A DNA stretch of 32,000 nt from Desulfotalea psychrophila LSv54. Its GTDB lineage: Bacteria; Desulfobacterota; Desulfobulbia; Desulfobulbales; Desulfocapsaceae. Position numbers and translations under genes: made by a program. Positions 18,137 through 28,039 of the stretch are shown here, in pieces. Location of the stretch: positions 3,090,001 to 3,122,000 of the forward strand of contig NC_006138.1 in assembly GCF_000025945.1 (NCBI RefSeq), in the 5' to 3' direction. Numbering within the stretch: the stretch's first letter is position 1; each line of letters opens with the position of its first letter. The notes below the pieces were generated by a model. That model did not search any database. It was not told the DNA's origin and was given only the letters and a program-made list of their open reading frames with translations.

Positions 18137-19822
18137 TTATAGACAATAAACTCGCTGATGCCGATGAACGCTCTCCTCACGTTCTGCCACAAAGCAGAGA
18201 CAATCATACTGCCCATCCCCCAACTGAAGAAAATCCAGTAATTCTGGGCCGCAGGACCAACAAACTGTTCTCTTAAAAAAACGATTTCTCTCTCTCTTCA
18301 CATAGAGTCCCTCAAGATCATCCGGCATCTGCCGATAGAGACGATCCCGTGTTTGCAGCAGGGTCTCTTCTCCGACGGGAAGCAACATCTCAGGAAAAGT
18401 TTTATGGCCCAAGCGCAACCAGTCATAGCGCAAAAGTTGACGGAGAAAAACAGCATCCTCACGACCGCTTGCCCACTTAACCAGAATTGAAGAGAGCAAT
18501 TCCTGGGTTGTTGCCCGCTCAAAGAGCCCCTCCTCCTTGCCGATATGCAAAATATCAAGAAAGACAGGGGCTACAAACTCTCCTGTGACCTGCAGGTATC
18601 GCCAAAGAGAGACAAAAAACCTGTTGTTCAAAAACTTTTCGACACACTCGCAAAACCAGTAGAGATCGGCCATGGCATCAGCGTCCAGCCAGCTGTTTTG
18701 GTATACCGAATAGGGCGGAATTTTTGAGGCAACATAGCCAAACTCTTCTCTCTGCTGAAAGAGAGGAGTATCGGGCAACATCTTAAGCAGACCCATCTGA
18801 ATGTAATGTGCTCCCATGGCAAATACGTCTTCAAAGGAACGCAAAAAGGTCTCCCGAGTTTCATAGGGCAGCCCCAAAATAAGATCCACATGCAGGTGAA
18901 TATTACTGTAGGAGGCCAGTCTTGAAACAATCTGCCGGACCTTTTCAGTTTTCATCCTACGACAGATGGCATCCAGGGTGGGATCATTGGTCGACTGAAT
19001 ACCTATTTCAAACTGAAACCTGCCAGCCGGTACTGTTTTTAAAAAGTCAAAAATCTCTTCCGTGAAAAAATCCGGTGCTATTTCAAAATGAAAGAGGGTC
19101 TGACAGTCATACTCCATCAGCATCTTCCAGATGGCAAGTCCCCGACGCCAGTTATCATTATAGGTACGATCAATAAAACGCAGGGTCTTCGGGGCATGGG
19201 CAAGAATCAAATCCAACTCCTCCTGCACCTGCGACAGGGGCTTATGATAAACACCAACCTCGGCGGCAGAAAGGCAGTAAGAACAGGCAAAGGGACAGCC
19301 ACGAGATGTCTCATAATATATCTGTCTATTCTGCAGATATTCTGCAAAATCTTCCTGACGATAAATAGAGGCAAGTCCCTCTTCCCGAACCACCTGAAAA
19401 TGACCACGATATCTCTTCTCCAGCGAGCCACCCTGCAGGGCCTGATAAAAGGCCGGATCAATACCCTCAATTTCACCAACAACAACGGTACAGTTTTCCC
19501 CCACCTTATCGGCAATAATCTGGGCCTGGGGGCCACCCACCACAAGTTGACAACGAGGCAGGCAGGAGCTGAGATCCTCAACTAACCTCTCAACAATATC
19601 ACTATTCCAAATAAGGGCTGAAATAAATATCGCATCTGGATCATCCGCCCCCAGACGCAGTACCATTTCGTGATAATTTTCATTAATTGAAAACTGATGC
19701 AAAGAAATATGAGGAGAATTCAAATGTTTTTCTAACTCATGACGAATATAAAAGAGGGCAGGACTGGAATGGGTATAACGAGCGTTAATCGCAACAAGTT
19801 TTATATGCATATTTGATGACAT
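18137..19822 (-). CDS. B12-binding-domain radical SAM protein with a DUF4080-like C-terminal extension
   Basis: Radical-SAM cluster motif CPFACSYC and an N-terminal B12-binding-like region (KLVAINARYTHSSPAL). I chose ATG 19822, which has a GGAG 8 nt upstream; the ORF-track start at 19855 is a GTG. Confidence 0.87.
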   Translation of the reverse strand: MSSNMHIKLVAINARYTHSSPALFYIRHELEKHLNSPHISLHQFSINENYHEMVLRLGADDPDAIFISALIWNSDIVERLVEDLSSCLPRCQLVVGGPQAQIIADKVGENCTVVVGEIEGIDPAFYQALQGGSLEKRYRGHFQVVREEGLASIYRQEDFAEYLQNRQIYYETSRGCPFACSYCLSAAEVGVYHKPLSQVQEELDLILAHAPKTLRFIDRTYNDNWRRGLAIWKMLMEYDCQTLFHFEIAPDFFTEEIFDFLKTVPAGRFQFEIGIQSTNDPTLDAICRRMKTEKVRQIVSRLASYSNIHLHVDLILGLPYETRETFLRSFEDVFAMGAHYIQMGLLKMLPDTPLFQQREEFGYVASKIPPYSVYQNSWLDADAMADLYWFCECVEKFLNNRFFVSLWRYLQVTGEFVAPVFLDILHIGKEEGLFERATTQELLSSILVKWASGREDAVFLRQLLRYDWLRLGHKTFPEMLLPVGEETLLQTRDRLYRQMPDDLEGLYVKRERNRFFKRTVCWSCGPELLDFLQLGDGQYDCLCFVAEREESVHRHQRVYCL

Positions 19823-20181
19823 AATTTTTACTCCATCTCTAACAAAAGAGATCACAACTTTTTTATAAAATATTTCCAGGCACCATACTCAAAAAAGACA
19901 CCATGCTAAGGAAAACAAGCACTTACCAACAACAAAAAACACCCCTCCAACTAAAGAAAAGAGAATTAAATTCATACCACCTAACAGAGTAAAGACCTCA
20001 AGCACAGCTCATTTGAAATATTTGAAGCAATATTTTTTTAATCTCACTGTAAAAAAAGCTTTTATTACCATATAATTTTTTACTATATGGGAAGAGCGGC
20101 TATAACACTGTTTTTTGGATAAAAAAACTGAATTACTATATAACAATTTTTGATGCTTTTTTAAGCTGTAAACGAAACACA

Positions 20182-20802
20182 ATGGAACTTCAACAAAGCT
20201 TTATTTACCACAGCAACATGCTCGCGATGATGATCTTTTCTTTTAGTGGCGTCCTCGCTATCCAGACAAAAAAAAATGACCTGATCGGTGTTATCATACT
20301 GGGGACGATCACCGCCATCGGTGGAGGCACCCTACGTGATATCCTTCTTGATCGTCAAGTTTTTTGGCTCTACGACACCAACTATCTGCTGATACCCATT
20401 ATCGGCAGCATCATCATATTTTATATGCCTCCCTTTTTCCGTAGGATCGAAAACATCATCGACTACCTCGATGGCATTGGCCTGGCTCTCTTTGTCTCCT
20501 CGGTAAGTTCCAGTCTCAGCCAAGAGGGTTATTCCCCCAGCGTCGTTATCACCATGGGAATTATAACCGGTGTTTTTGGCGGTATGATACGGGATATCAT
20601 TATGAACCGCGAACCTATCATACTGGGCAGAACATTCTATATAACCCCTGCATTTTTAGGTGCCGCCTCCTGTGCCATACTTCAGCCCAGAATTGGCAGC
20701 ACCTGGGCTATCGTTATTTCATTTTTACTGATCAGCATCCTCCGCAGCCTTGCCATTAAGTATCGCTGGTACTTGCCTAATTTTCTCGTTCAAAAAGATT
20801 AG
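20182..20802 (+). CDS. Trimeric intracellular cation channel (TRIC/UPF0126, YadS-like) membrane protein
   Basis: 206-aa ORF with about 7 TM segments and an internal duplication carrying GGGTLRDILL and GGMIRDIIM glycine motifs. Confidence 0.83.
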   Translation: MELQQSFIYHSNMLAMMIFSFSGVLAIQTKKNDLIGVIILGTITAIGGGTLRDILLDRQVFWLYDTNYLLIPIIGSIIIFYMPPFFRRIENIIDYLDGIGLALFVSSVSSSLSQEGYSPSVVITMGIITGVFGGMIRDIIMNREPIILGRTFYITPAFLGAASCAILQPRIGSTWAIVISFLLISILRSLAIKYRWYLPNFLVQKD

Positions 20803-20907
20803 CGACTGATGCTTGTCAGGAAAGGGCATTTCACCTTGCTAATATATTTCATAATAATATACTAAAAGCATACACCTATACCATCTACTTAGACACAACA
20901 GACACTG

Positions 20908-20932
20908 GACAAGCCCTATACCAGGGCTTGTC
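20908..20932 (+). other. Perfect 9-bp hairpin 30 nt upstream of the dcu start
   Basis: GACAAGCCC-tatacca-GGGCTTGTC, with no U-tract. It could be a weak terminator for the TRIC gene or an element in the dcu leader. Confidence 0.3.
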
Positions 20933-20962
20933 ATAAACTCTATCCATAGATGAGGTATTAAT

Positions 20963-22288
20963 ATGCTCTATATGCAATTTTTGTTTTTATTAGTGATGCT
21001 CTACACCGGTAGCAGGTACGGGGGAATAGGCCTCGGGGTAGTCTCCGGCATAGGTCTCACCATCGAAGTATTTATCTTTAAGATGCCGCCGACGAGCCCG
21101 CCAATCACGGTTATGCTGATCATACTTGCTGTTGTTACCTGCGCCTCTATCCTGGAGGCGGCCGGTGGTTTAAAATATATGCTCCAGATAGCAGAGAAAT
21201 TCCTCCGGGCTCACCCAACGAGAATCACCCTATTTGGCCCCCTTGTCACCTACATCATGACGATCATGCTGGGAACAGGTCACGCCGTATACTCCGTAAT
21301 GCCCATTATTGGCGATGTCGCCCTAAAAAATAATATCAGACCAGAAAGACCCATGGCCACGGCCTCGGTTGCCTCTCAACTGGGCATCACAGCAAGCCCC
21401 ATCTCGGCGGCCGTTGTCTACTATCTCTCTCAACTTAGCGGAGGATCCGAACATATCACCCTGCTCAGCATCCTGGCCATTACGGTACCGGGCACCTTTA
21501 TCGGCCTGCTGGCCATGGTGGCGGTAACCTGGAGACGAGGAAAAAACCTGGCTGATGACAAAGGATTTCAAAAGAGAATGGAGGATCCTGCCTTTCGTGA
21601 AAGAGTTGAGACGACCACGGCAACATCCCTTGATGAGACGCTTCCCACCTCTGCCAGAAATGCCGTTTTGCTCTTTCTCCTCGCCCTCGTTGTCATTGTT
21701 ATCATTGCCATGATTCCCGAGATACGCACCCTGCAGCCGGGGACAAAGCCCCTCAGTATGTCAGTTATTATTCAAATGATGATGCTGGCCTTTGGCGGTA
21801 TCATCCTTATTGCCACGGGAACCAAGGCCTCAAAGGTGCCCGAAGGAGTCGTCTTTAAATCCGGTATGGTGGCAGCGATTGCTATTTTTGGTATTGCCTG
21901 GATGAGTGACACCTATTTTCACTATGCCATGCCCAGCTTTAAGGAGGGCATCACCCAGATGGTACAGACCCTGCCATGGACCTTTGCCCTGGCCATGTTT
22001 GCCGTCTCCGTGGTAGTTAACAGCCAGGCCGCCACCTGCAGAATGATGCTCCCCGTTGGCATCGGTCTGGGACTCTCTCCTGCCCTGCTTATAGCCATCC
22101 TCCCGGCATCCTATGGCTATTTCTTTATCCCGAACTACCCATCTGATATTGCGACCATAAGCTTTGATACCTCGGGCACCACCAAGATTGGCAAGTTCTA
22201 CTTTAACCACAGCTTTATGCTGCCAGGTCTTGTGGCTGTACCAACCGCCTGCCTTACCGGTTACCTCATCTCTATGGTAATCATCTAG
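20963..22288 (+). CDS. Anaerobic C4-dicarboxylate transporter, DcuA/DcuB family
   Basis: 441-aa ORF collinear with E. coli DcuA as I recall it (GSRYGGIGLG..., ITASPISAAVVY, GTTKIGKFYFNHSFMLPG). A GAGGT SD lies 6 nt upstream. Confidence 0.92.
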   Translation: MLYMQFLFLLVMLYTGSRYGGIGLGVVSGIGLTIEVFIFKMPPTSPPITVMLIILAVVTCASILEAAGGLKYMLQIAEKFLRAHPTRITLFGPLVTYIMTIMLGTGHAVYSVMPIIGDVALKNNIRPERPMATASVASQLGITASPISAAVVYYLSQLSGGSEHITLLSILAITVPGTFIGLLAMVAVTWRRGKNLADDKGFQKRMEDPAFRERVETTTATSLDETLPTSARNAVLLFLLALVVIVIIAMIPEIRTLQPGTKPLSMSVIIQMMMLAFGGIILIATGTKASKVPEGVVFKSGMVAAIAIFGIAWMSDTYFHYAMPSFKEGITQMVQTLPWTFALAMFAVSVVVNSQAATCRMMLPVGIGLGLSPALLIAILPASYGYFFIPNYPSDIATISFDTSGTTKIGKFYFNHSFMLPGLVAVPTACLTGYLISMVII

Positions 22289-22299
22289 GGACTCCATGC

Positions 22300-22330
22300 C
22301 CCCAGCAATGAGGTGCTCTCCTTGCTGGGG
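22300..22330 (+). terminator. Hairpin after the dcu gene
   Basis: CCCCAGCAA (22300..22308) pairs with TTGCTGGGG (22322..22330) across a 13-nt loop. There is no U-tract. Confidence 0.3.
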
Positions 22331-22444
22331 CAGGCCAAGCTCAGGTTACAAACTTTTGTCCTCCCGGGCAGAAATGTTCTGCAAAAAAATCTAATGTATA
22401 TATTATAGAGCCTTACGATAATCTTCCTTACATTCATTCTATCA

Positions 22445-23603
22445 GTGTGCACTATGAATTCTTCCTGGCGAACCCAGCTCCCCATCTTTGCCCTTATCGC
22501 AAGTGCAATGTCAAATATCTATATTGCTCAACCAATACTGCCTCTGCTCCAAGAGGAATTTCAGGTCAGCATTATCCTGGCCTCCATGACCGTCTCAGCC
22601 GTGGTCCTTGGCCTGGCCACAGCCAGTCTTCCCCTCAGCTTTTTCGCCGAAAAGATCGATCTTAAAAAGATCATTCTCACAGGTGGCTGCGGCATTGCCT
22701 GCACCGGTTTCATCTGCAGTCTCACCCATAATTTTTGGCTCTTCATTGCCGCTCGCGCCCTGCAGGGATTTTTCGTCCCCTTTATATCCACCTGCCTTGC
22801 CACCTATCTTGCCCAGACAACTCCCATCAAGAACCTCAAGGTTGTAATGGGCATCTATATCTCAGCGACGGTGGTGGGAGGAATGAGCGGCCGTCTTATC
22901 TGTGGTTGGATATACGCACCACACTGGCGCTATGCCTTTCTGACAATGGCCCTCCTTACCCTCTTCCTCTCGGCCTTTGTATATAGGAAACTTCCACGGT
23001 GCTCCCCCAAAAAAGCGGAAACCTCCGTCCCCTTGATCTCTCTTCTCAATCGATGGGACCTGATACGTATATATCTCTGCGCCAGCGTGGTCTTTGCCAT
23101 ATTCTCGGCATCCTTTACCTATTTTCCCTATAGGCTCACCCATGCCCCCTTTGCCCTCTCAACCCAGAAGATGACCTCTCTCTACCTCTTCTATAGCATG
23201 GGCATTATCATGGGCCCTATCTCAGGACAGATAAGCACCCGCATCGGGGCCGGAAGAACCATTGTTATTGGCAGTGTAATTTTAGGCATGAGTCTCCTCC
23301 TTACCCTCAGCAATAACCTCATGATAACGGCCGCCGGTATCCTCCTGCTCTGCACAGGTTTTTTTACCATCCACTCCGTTGCCGTGGGACTGTTAAACTA
23401 TAAGCTCAGCCGTGGCCAGGGATATGGCAACGCCCTCTATGTACTCTTTTATTATCTGGGCGGTTGGATCGGTATTACCAGCTTTGGCTTTATCTATCAG
23501 GCAGTATGGCTGGGAGGCACTGATATACATTGCCCTGAGCGCAGTACTTATCCCACTCTTAACAGGCCTATACGAGGTTAAAAACTTCATTATAAAGAGG
23601 TAG
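22445..23603 (+). CDS. MFS transporter (YnfM-like) with an apparent 1-nt frameshift near 23501
   Basis: There are 11 TM segments in the frame 22445..23581. The 12th TM (GWEALIYIALSAVLIPLLTGL) is encoded in the +1 frame, which ends at TAG 23603. Confidence 0.85.
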
Positions 23604-23616
23604 GCACCAGAGGAAA

Positions 23617-23636
23617 GGGCAGCCAGGCAGCTGCCC
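23617..23636 (+). terminator. GC hairpin after the MFS gene
   Basis: GGGCAGC-caggca-GCTGCCC, a 7-bp stem, with no U-tract. Confidence 0.35.
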
Positions 23637-23644
23637 CCATTGTC

Positions 23645-23781
23645 CTAGTGCTTTGTAGAGCTTTAGATGTCGTAAATATTGTTTAGCCATTTTGGTGCGC
23701 TACAAGGCACGAATGAGAAACGAAGTCAGCGCGAGAAAAGGGCAAACAATATACGGTGGATAAAGTTTTACAGAGCACTAG
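23645..23781. repeat. Long imperfect inverted repeat (41-44-nt arms around a 52-nt core)
   Basis: The left arm is ctagtgctttgtagagctttagatgtcgtaaatattgtttagcc. The reverse complement of the right arm is ctagtgctctgtaaaactttatccaccgtatattgtttgcc. The outer and inner parts match, while the middle has diverged. Confidence 0.6.
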
Positions 23782-24608
23782 ATATTAAATTGCATCCCCG
23801 CATAGCCAGCGACAACTTCGCAGCTCAAATGATCTGCCAAATACTGCACAGCCTCATCCCCACTACAGTGACATGCCACAATCCTCTTGAGGTCAAGACC
23901 ATTGAGAGCCTCAGCTGTTTTTGTAAGCCTGCTCTCATCGGCATGGAGAAGATGCAGACCTCCTATTACCGTATCAATTTTTCTCTCCCCGCTATAATCC
24001 ATAATATAGTTCAGAGTATTGATAATACCGGCATGACAACAGCCAAGACAGATGACCAGCCCCTCCGGACCATGAAACCACAGGGCATTATCATCCTCAA
24101 TGGTATCAATTACCTTACCCGCCGGATCAAGATAAAAACTTCCACCTGTATCTTCAAAAGAACACTCTCTGGGAATAGGCCCCGTCAAGCCCACACGATC
24201 CTGCAAGGAAACAGGCTGAGTTAACCAGTTCACCTTTTCATCGGCATGGTGCATCACCGCCTGCATGGCAGCAAGAGGCATTTTAACAATTGAAGCATCC
24301 TCACCGTGGAGGCTATAGCGTGGTTGAAAAACACCTGCATGCAGATAAATTTCCACATCTTTATTCTGTTGCAGAATATCTGCAATTCCGCCGGTATGAT
24401 CATAATGTCCATGACTAAGCACCAGGGCAGAAACCTCCTGCAAATTCACCCCCAAGGCCTCTGCATTAGCGACAAAGGCAAGCTTGTTACCGGTATCCAA
24501 AAGCAAATTACCAGCAGAAGTCTCTATATGCAGGGCATAACCATGTTCTGCAATCAATCCCTCAGCCGCCCTGTTATCCACCACAATGGTAAAACGTAAC
24601 GTTTTCAT
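23778..24608 (-). CDS. MBL-fold metallo-hydrolase
   Basis: 276-aa ORF with metal-binding motif SHGHYDHTGG and an N-terminus VVDNRAAEGLIAEHGYALHIE typical of the COG1237-type MBL proteins I recall. Confidence 0.87.
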   Translation of the reverse strand: MKTLRFTIVVDNRAAEGLIAEHGYALHIETSAGNLLLDTGNKLAFVANAEALGVNLQEVSALVLSHGHYDHTGGIADILQQNKDVEIYLHAGVFQPRYSLHGEDASIVKMPLAAMQAVMHHADEKVNWLTQPVSLQDRVGLTGPIPRECSFEDTGGSFYLDPAGKVIDTIEDDNALWFHGPEGLVICLGCCHAGIINTLNYIMDYSGERKIDTVIGGLHLLHADESRLTKTAEALNGLDLKRIVACHCSGDEAVQYLADHLSCEVVAGYAGMQFNI

Positions 24609-25027
24609 TCAACATCCTCACTCTGCATAAATTTTGCCTGCGCTTTAGCCATTCTCCGACCATCTACCCAGGCCTCGGCCTTCACCTCATAGAGGGTAGA
24701 AACAGCACATGTCAACCATGCCCTGATGGTGACCTGGCTGCTACAGGGTATTGAGTGAAGAAATCGTACCCGCAGATCAGCAGTCACAGCCTTAATATTC
24801 CTCTGCAATAGACAATGAACCATGGCGGAATCAAGAACCGCAGAGATAACGCCTCCATGCAAAATTCCCGCGTAACCCTGGAGGTGAGGACCTCCGACAA
24901 AACTGCCCTCAACCCCCTCGGCACCAGTAGAATAAAATTGCAGGCCAAGAGAAAATGGATTGTTCCTACCACAGACAACACAACCATCATGACTACCGGG
25001 ACTTTGAATAACAGCCTCTTTCTTCAC
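24605..25027 (-). CDS. PaaI-family (hotdog fold) thioesterase
   Basis: 140-aa ORF with a GTG start and a GAGG 10 nt upstream. It has the N-terminal motif GCVVCGRNNPFSLGL and a hotdog core LHGGVISAVLD. Its TGA overlaps the MBL ATG (ATGA). Confidence 0.83.
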   Translation of the reverse strand: MKKEAVIQSPGSHDGCVVCGRNNPFSLGLQFYSTGAEGVEGSFVGGPHLQGYAGILHGGVISAVLDSAMVHCLLQRNIKAVTADLRVRFLHSIPCSSQVTIRAWLTCAVSTLYEVKAEAWVDGRRMAKAQAKFMQSEDVE

Positions 25028-25343
25028 TATAAAACCTCATATTTCATCTTAGAGAATGCCTATCTCTCCCTGGAATAAGGCCAGACCAAAACACAGCCTT
25101 CCATCACCTTGACATTGGTCCAGCCATTGACCTCAAGTACCAGAGCCAACCCCCTCTCCCGAACAAGCCTCCAAACATACTTCAACGGTTTGCTACATAT
25201 GTCAACAGCTGATGGTAATTATGCTTATTTTTACCGATGAAGAAAGGGGAGGGAGGTAGCCAGATTCTTGCCTATGGCAAAAAACTCCTGCTGAGGTTGA
25301 AGAGCAGTTTGCCTTCTTACAAAAATTTTCTTAACAAAAAATC

Positions 25344-25385
25344 AAAAAAAAGGGGGCATTGAGAATATCTCAATGCCCCCTTTTT
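25344..25385 (-). terminator. Rho-independent terminator of secA (bidirectional shape)
   Basis: GGGGGCATTGAGA-ata-TCTCAATGCCCCC, a perfect 13-bp stem. It is followed by T8 on the minus strand and T5 on the plus strand, and lies 22 nt after the secA stop. Confidence 0.88.
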
Positions 25386-25406
25386 CACAAAATCAGATCG
25401 CAAGAC

Positions 25407-27959
25407 CTAGCTTAATTTACCACAGCACTTCTTATATTTCTTACCTGAGCCACAGGGACAGGGAGTATTTCTGCCAATCTTATCCACATGAGCCGGTTGC
25501 TGATGCTCTTCATCCGCATTACCGGCTGGTACAAGAGCCTGTATTCTCTGCATCTCCTCTTCATGGCGACGACGACGCTCCTCTTCCATACGGTCAACAT
25601 CGTTCTCATGAACAACACGCACTCGCATCAGACTAGAAACAACCTGACTCTTAACAGTCTCCATCAGATGGCCAAAAAGTTGGAAGGCCTCGCGCTTATA
25701 CTCGTTAAGCGGATTTTTCTGTCCATAACCACGAAGTCCAATACCCTCTTTCAGATAATCCATGGAGAGCAAATGATCCTTCCAAAGACCATCCACAACC
25801 TGAAGGAGAAGAATCTTCTCTAGTTGGCGCTGAGTATCTGCCCCATTTTCTTCTTCCTGTTCCCGGTATTTTTGGGCAACAACACCAGCAATGAGGTCCC
25901 TGAGCTCTTCAAACTTAATATCGGTACGAGTCTCTTCACTCCACTCCGGTTGTACAGAAAATGCTTCCTGAAGACGCTCCAGGCACCCAGCCCAATCCCA
26001 GTCAAGAGAGTCAAGACGTTCATCTGAAAATTCCGAAGCGAGATTACGAACAATATCGTTTACCATCTCCTGAATTTCTGCAGAAACATCCGCGCCAGCA
26101 AGCACCTCATAGCGCTGTTGATAAACAATTTCACGCTGTTTATTCATAACATCATCGTACTCAAGCAGATGTTTACGAATATCAAAATTGTGACCTTCCA
26201 CCTTACGTTGGGCATTTTCAATTGCCCGGGAAATCATACCATGCTCAATGGGTTCATCCTCCTCCATGCCAAGCTTATCCATTATACCGGAGACACGGCC
26301 TGAGCCAAAGATACGCAAGAGATCATCTTCAAGGGAGAGATAAAAACGGGAAGAGCCGGGATCACCCTGACGACCGGCACGACCACGTAGCTGGTTATCA
26401 ATACGACGGGATTCATGACGAGAGGTAGCAACAATATGCAAGCCACCAAGCTCCCGAACCCCTTCACCTAACTTAATATCAGTACCACGACCTGCCATAT
26501 TGGTGGCAATGGTTACCCTGCCAACCTGACCTGCAGCAGTAATAATTTCTGCTTCACGGGCATGCTGCTTGGCATTAAGCACCTCATGGGGAACCTTAGC
26601 CTTGGTCAGCATATCGGCAATTTTTTCTGAGACATCAATAGAGATGGTACCAACCAGAACAGGACGGCCCTTCTCATGCATTTCAGCTATTTCTCTAACG
26701 ACAGCACGATATTTCGCATCTTCGTTTTTAAAAATAACATCGGCATAATCATCACGAACCATGGGCTGATTGGTGGGCATCAGAACCACATCAAGATCAT
26801 AGATCTTCTTAAACTCGGCGGCTTCGGTATCGGCAGTACCCGTCATTCCCGCAAGTTTATCATACATACGAAAATAATTTTGAAAGGTAATGGCAGCAAG
26901 AGTTTGATTTTCCTGTTCAACCTTTACATTTTCCTTTGCCTCCAGGGCCTGATGCAGGCCATCACTATAACGACGCCCCTCCATGGTTCGGCCAGTAAAT
27001 TCATCAACGATAACCACCTGGCCATCATTAACGATATAGTCGACATCACGTTGAAAGAGGACATGGGCCTTAAGCGCCTGGTTAAGATGATGAAGCTGTT
27101 CTATACTGCTTGGATCACAGAGGTTTTCAAGATCTAAAAGTTCTTCACCAAGTCCTATACCATCATCGGTAAGAGAGACCGTCCGAGCCTTTTCATCAAC
27201 GGTATAATGTTCCTCTACCTTGAAGTTATACATAATACTGTTGATATTATCATAGAGCTCAGTGGACATTTCTGCAGGGCCAGAGATAATCAGTGGCGTT
27301 CTGGCCTCATCAATAAGAATGGAATCCACCTCATCGACTATGGCAAAGTTAAATCCACGCTGACAAAAATCATCCAGCTCAAACTTCATATTATCCCGAA
27401 GATAATCAAAGCCAAACTCATTATTGGTACCATAGGTAATATCTGCAGCATAGGCGGCACGACGCTCTACATCATCCATGCCATGGATAATCTTATCCCA
27501 ACTCATGCCAAGAAAATCATAAACCTGCCCCATCCACTCGGCATCACGGGCCGCAAGATAGTCATTTACGGTAACAACATGAACACCCTTACCTGATAGA
27601 CCATTAAGATAGACAGGAAGAGTTGAGGTCAGGGTCTTACCCTCACCCGTTTTCATCTCGGCAATTCTACCCTTATGAAGAATAATGCCACCTACCAACT
27701 GAACATCATAATGACGTTCACCAAGCACCCGACTGGCAGCCTCACGCATAACAGCAAAGGATTCTGGCAACAAATCTTTCAGAGACTCACCCTTTGCTAT
27801 ACGCTCTTTAAACTCAACAGTCTTGGCCACAAGCGCTGCATCACCTAAGGGCTTAATCGTGCTCTCTAAATCATTTATTCGAGTTACTAATGGACGTATC
27901 TGCTTAAGAACTCGATCATTTTTACTACCAAAAACCTTGGTGAGCATCTTTCCAATCAT
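25407..27959 (-). CDS. secA: Preprotein translocase ATPase SecA
   Basis: 850-aa ORF with MKTGEGKTL (Walker A), [19 protein letters not shown] and the C-terminal zinc motif [14 protein letters not shown]. Confidence 0.97.
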   Translation of the reverse strand: MIGKMLTKVFGSKNDRVLKQIRPLVTRINDLESTIKPLGDAALVAKTVEFKERIAKGESLKDLLPESFAVMREAASRVLGERHYDVQLVGGIILHKGRIAEMKTGEGKTLTSTLPVYLNGLSGKGVHVVTVNDYLAARDAEWMGQVYDFLGMSWDKIIHGMDDVERRAAYAADITYGTNNEFGFDYLRDNMKFELDDFCQRGFNFAIVDEVDSILIDEARTPLIISGPAEMSTELYDNINSIMYNFKVEEHYTVDEKARTVSLTDDGIGLGEELLDLENLCDPSSIEQLHHLNQALKAHVLFQRDVDYIVNDGQVVIVDEFTGRTMEGRRYSDGLHQALEAKENVKVEQENQTLAAITFQNYFRMYDKLAGMTGTADTEAAEFKKIYDLDVVLMPTNQPMVRDDYADVIFKNEDAKYRAVVREIAEMHEKGRPVLVGTISIDVSEKIADMLTKAKVPHEVLNAKQHAREAEIITAAGQVGRVTIATNMAGRGTDIKLGEGVRELGGLHIVATSRHESRRIDNQLRGRAGRQGDPGSSRFYLSLEDDLLRIFGSGRVSGIMDKLGMEEDEPIEHGMISRAIENAQRKVEGHNFDIRKHLLEYDDVMNKQREIVYQQRYEVLAGADVSAEIQEMVNDIVRNLASEFSDERLDSLDWDWAGCLERLQEAFSVQPEWSEETRTDIKFEELRDLIAGVVAQKYREQEEENGADTQRQLEKILLLQVVDGLWKDHLLSMDYLKEGIGLRGYGQKNPLNEYKREAFQLFGHLMETVKSQVVSSLMRVRVVHENDVDRMEEERRRRHEEEMQRIQALVPAGNADEEHQQPAHVDKIGRNTPCPCGSGKKYKKCCGKLS

Positions 27960-28039
27960 AATTTTTCAGTATAGGTAGAGTTAATAGAAAATATCTTTTT
28001 ATAAGGTTACCATAAACTATTATGCCAATAAAAACAGAT

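Noticed and set aside
23590-24224. ORF 23679..24224 (+), and a 43-aa minus-strand ORF (MAKQYLRHLKLYKALGQWGQLPG...) starting in the core of the inverted repeat.
   Set aside because: The plus-strand ORF is antisense to the MBL gene. The small minus-strand ORF has no Shine-Dalgarno and runs antisense into the MFS 3' end. Both are more likely by-products of the palindrome.
25028-25343. A possible riboswitch in the long spacer upstream of the thioesterase-MBL pair.
   Set aside because: I compared it by eye with the TPP, SAM, FMN, cobalamin, c-di-GMP, glycine, purine, ZTP, guanidine and fluoride cores and found no match. Only one modest helix is visible. I kept it as a low-weight note inside the operon finding.
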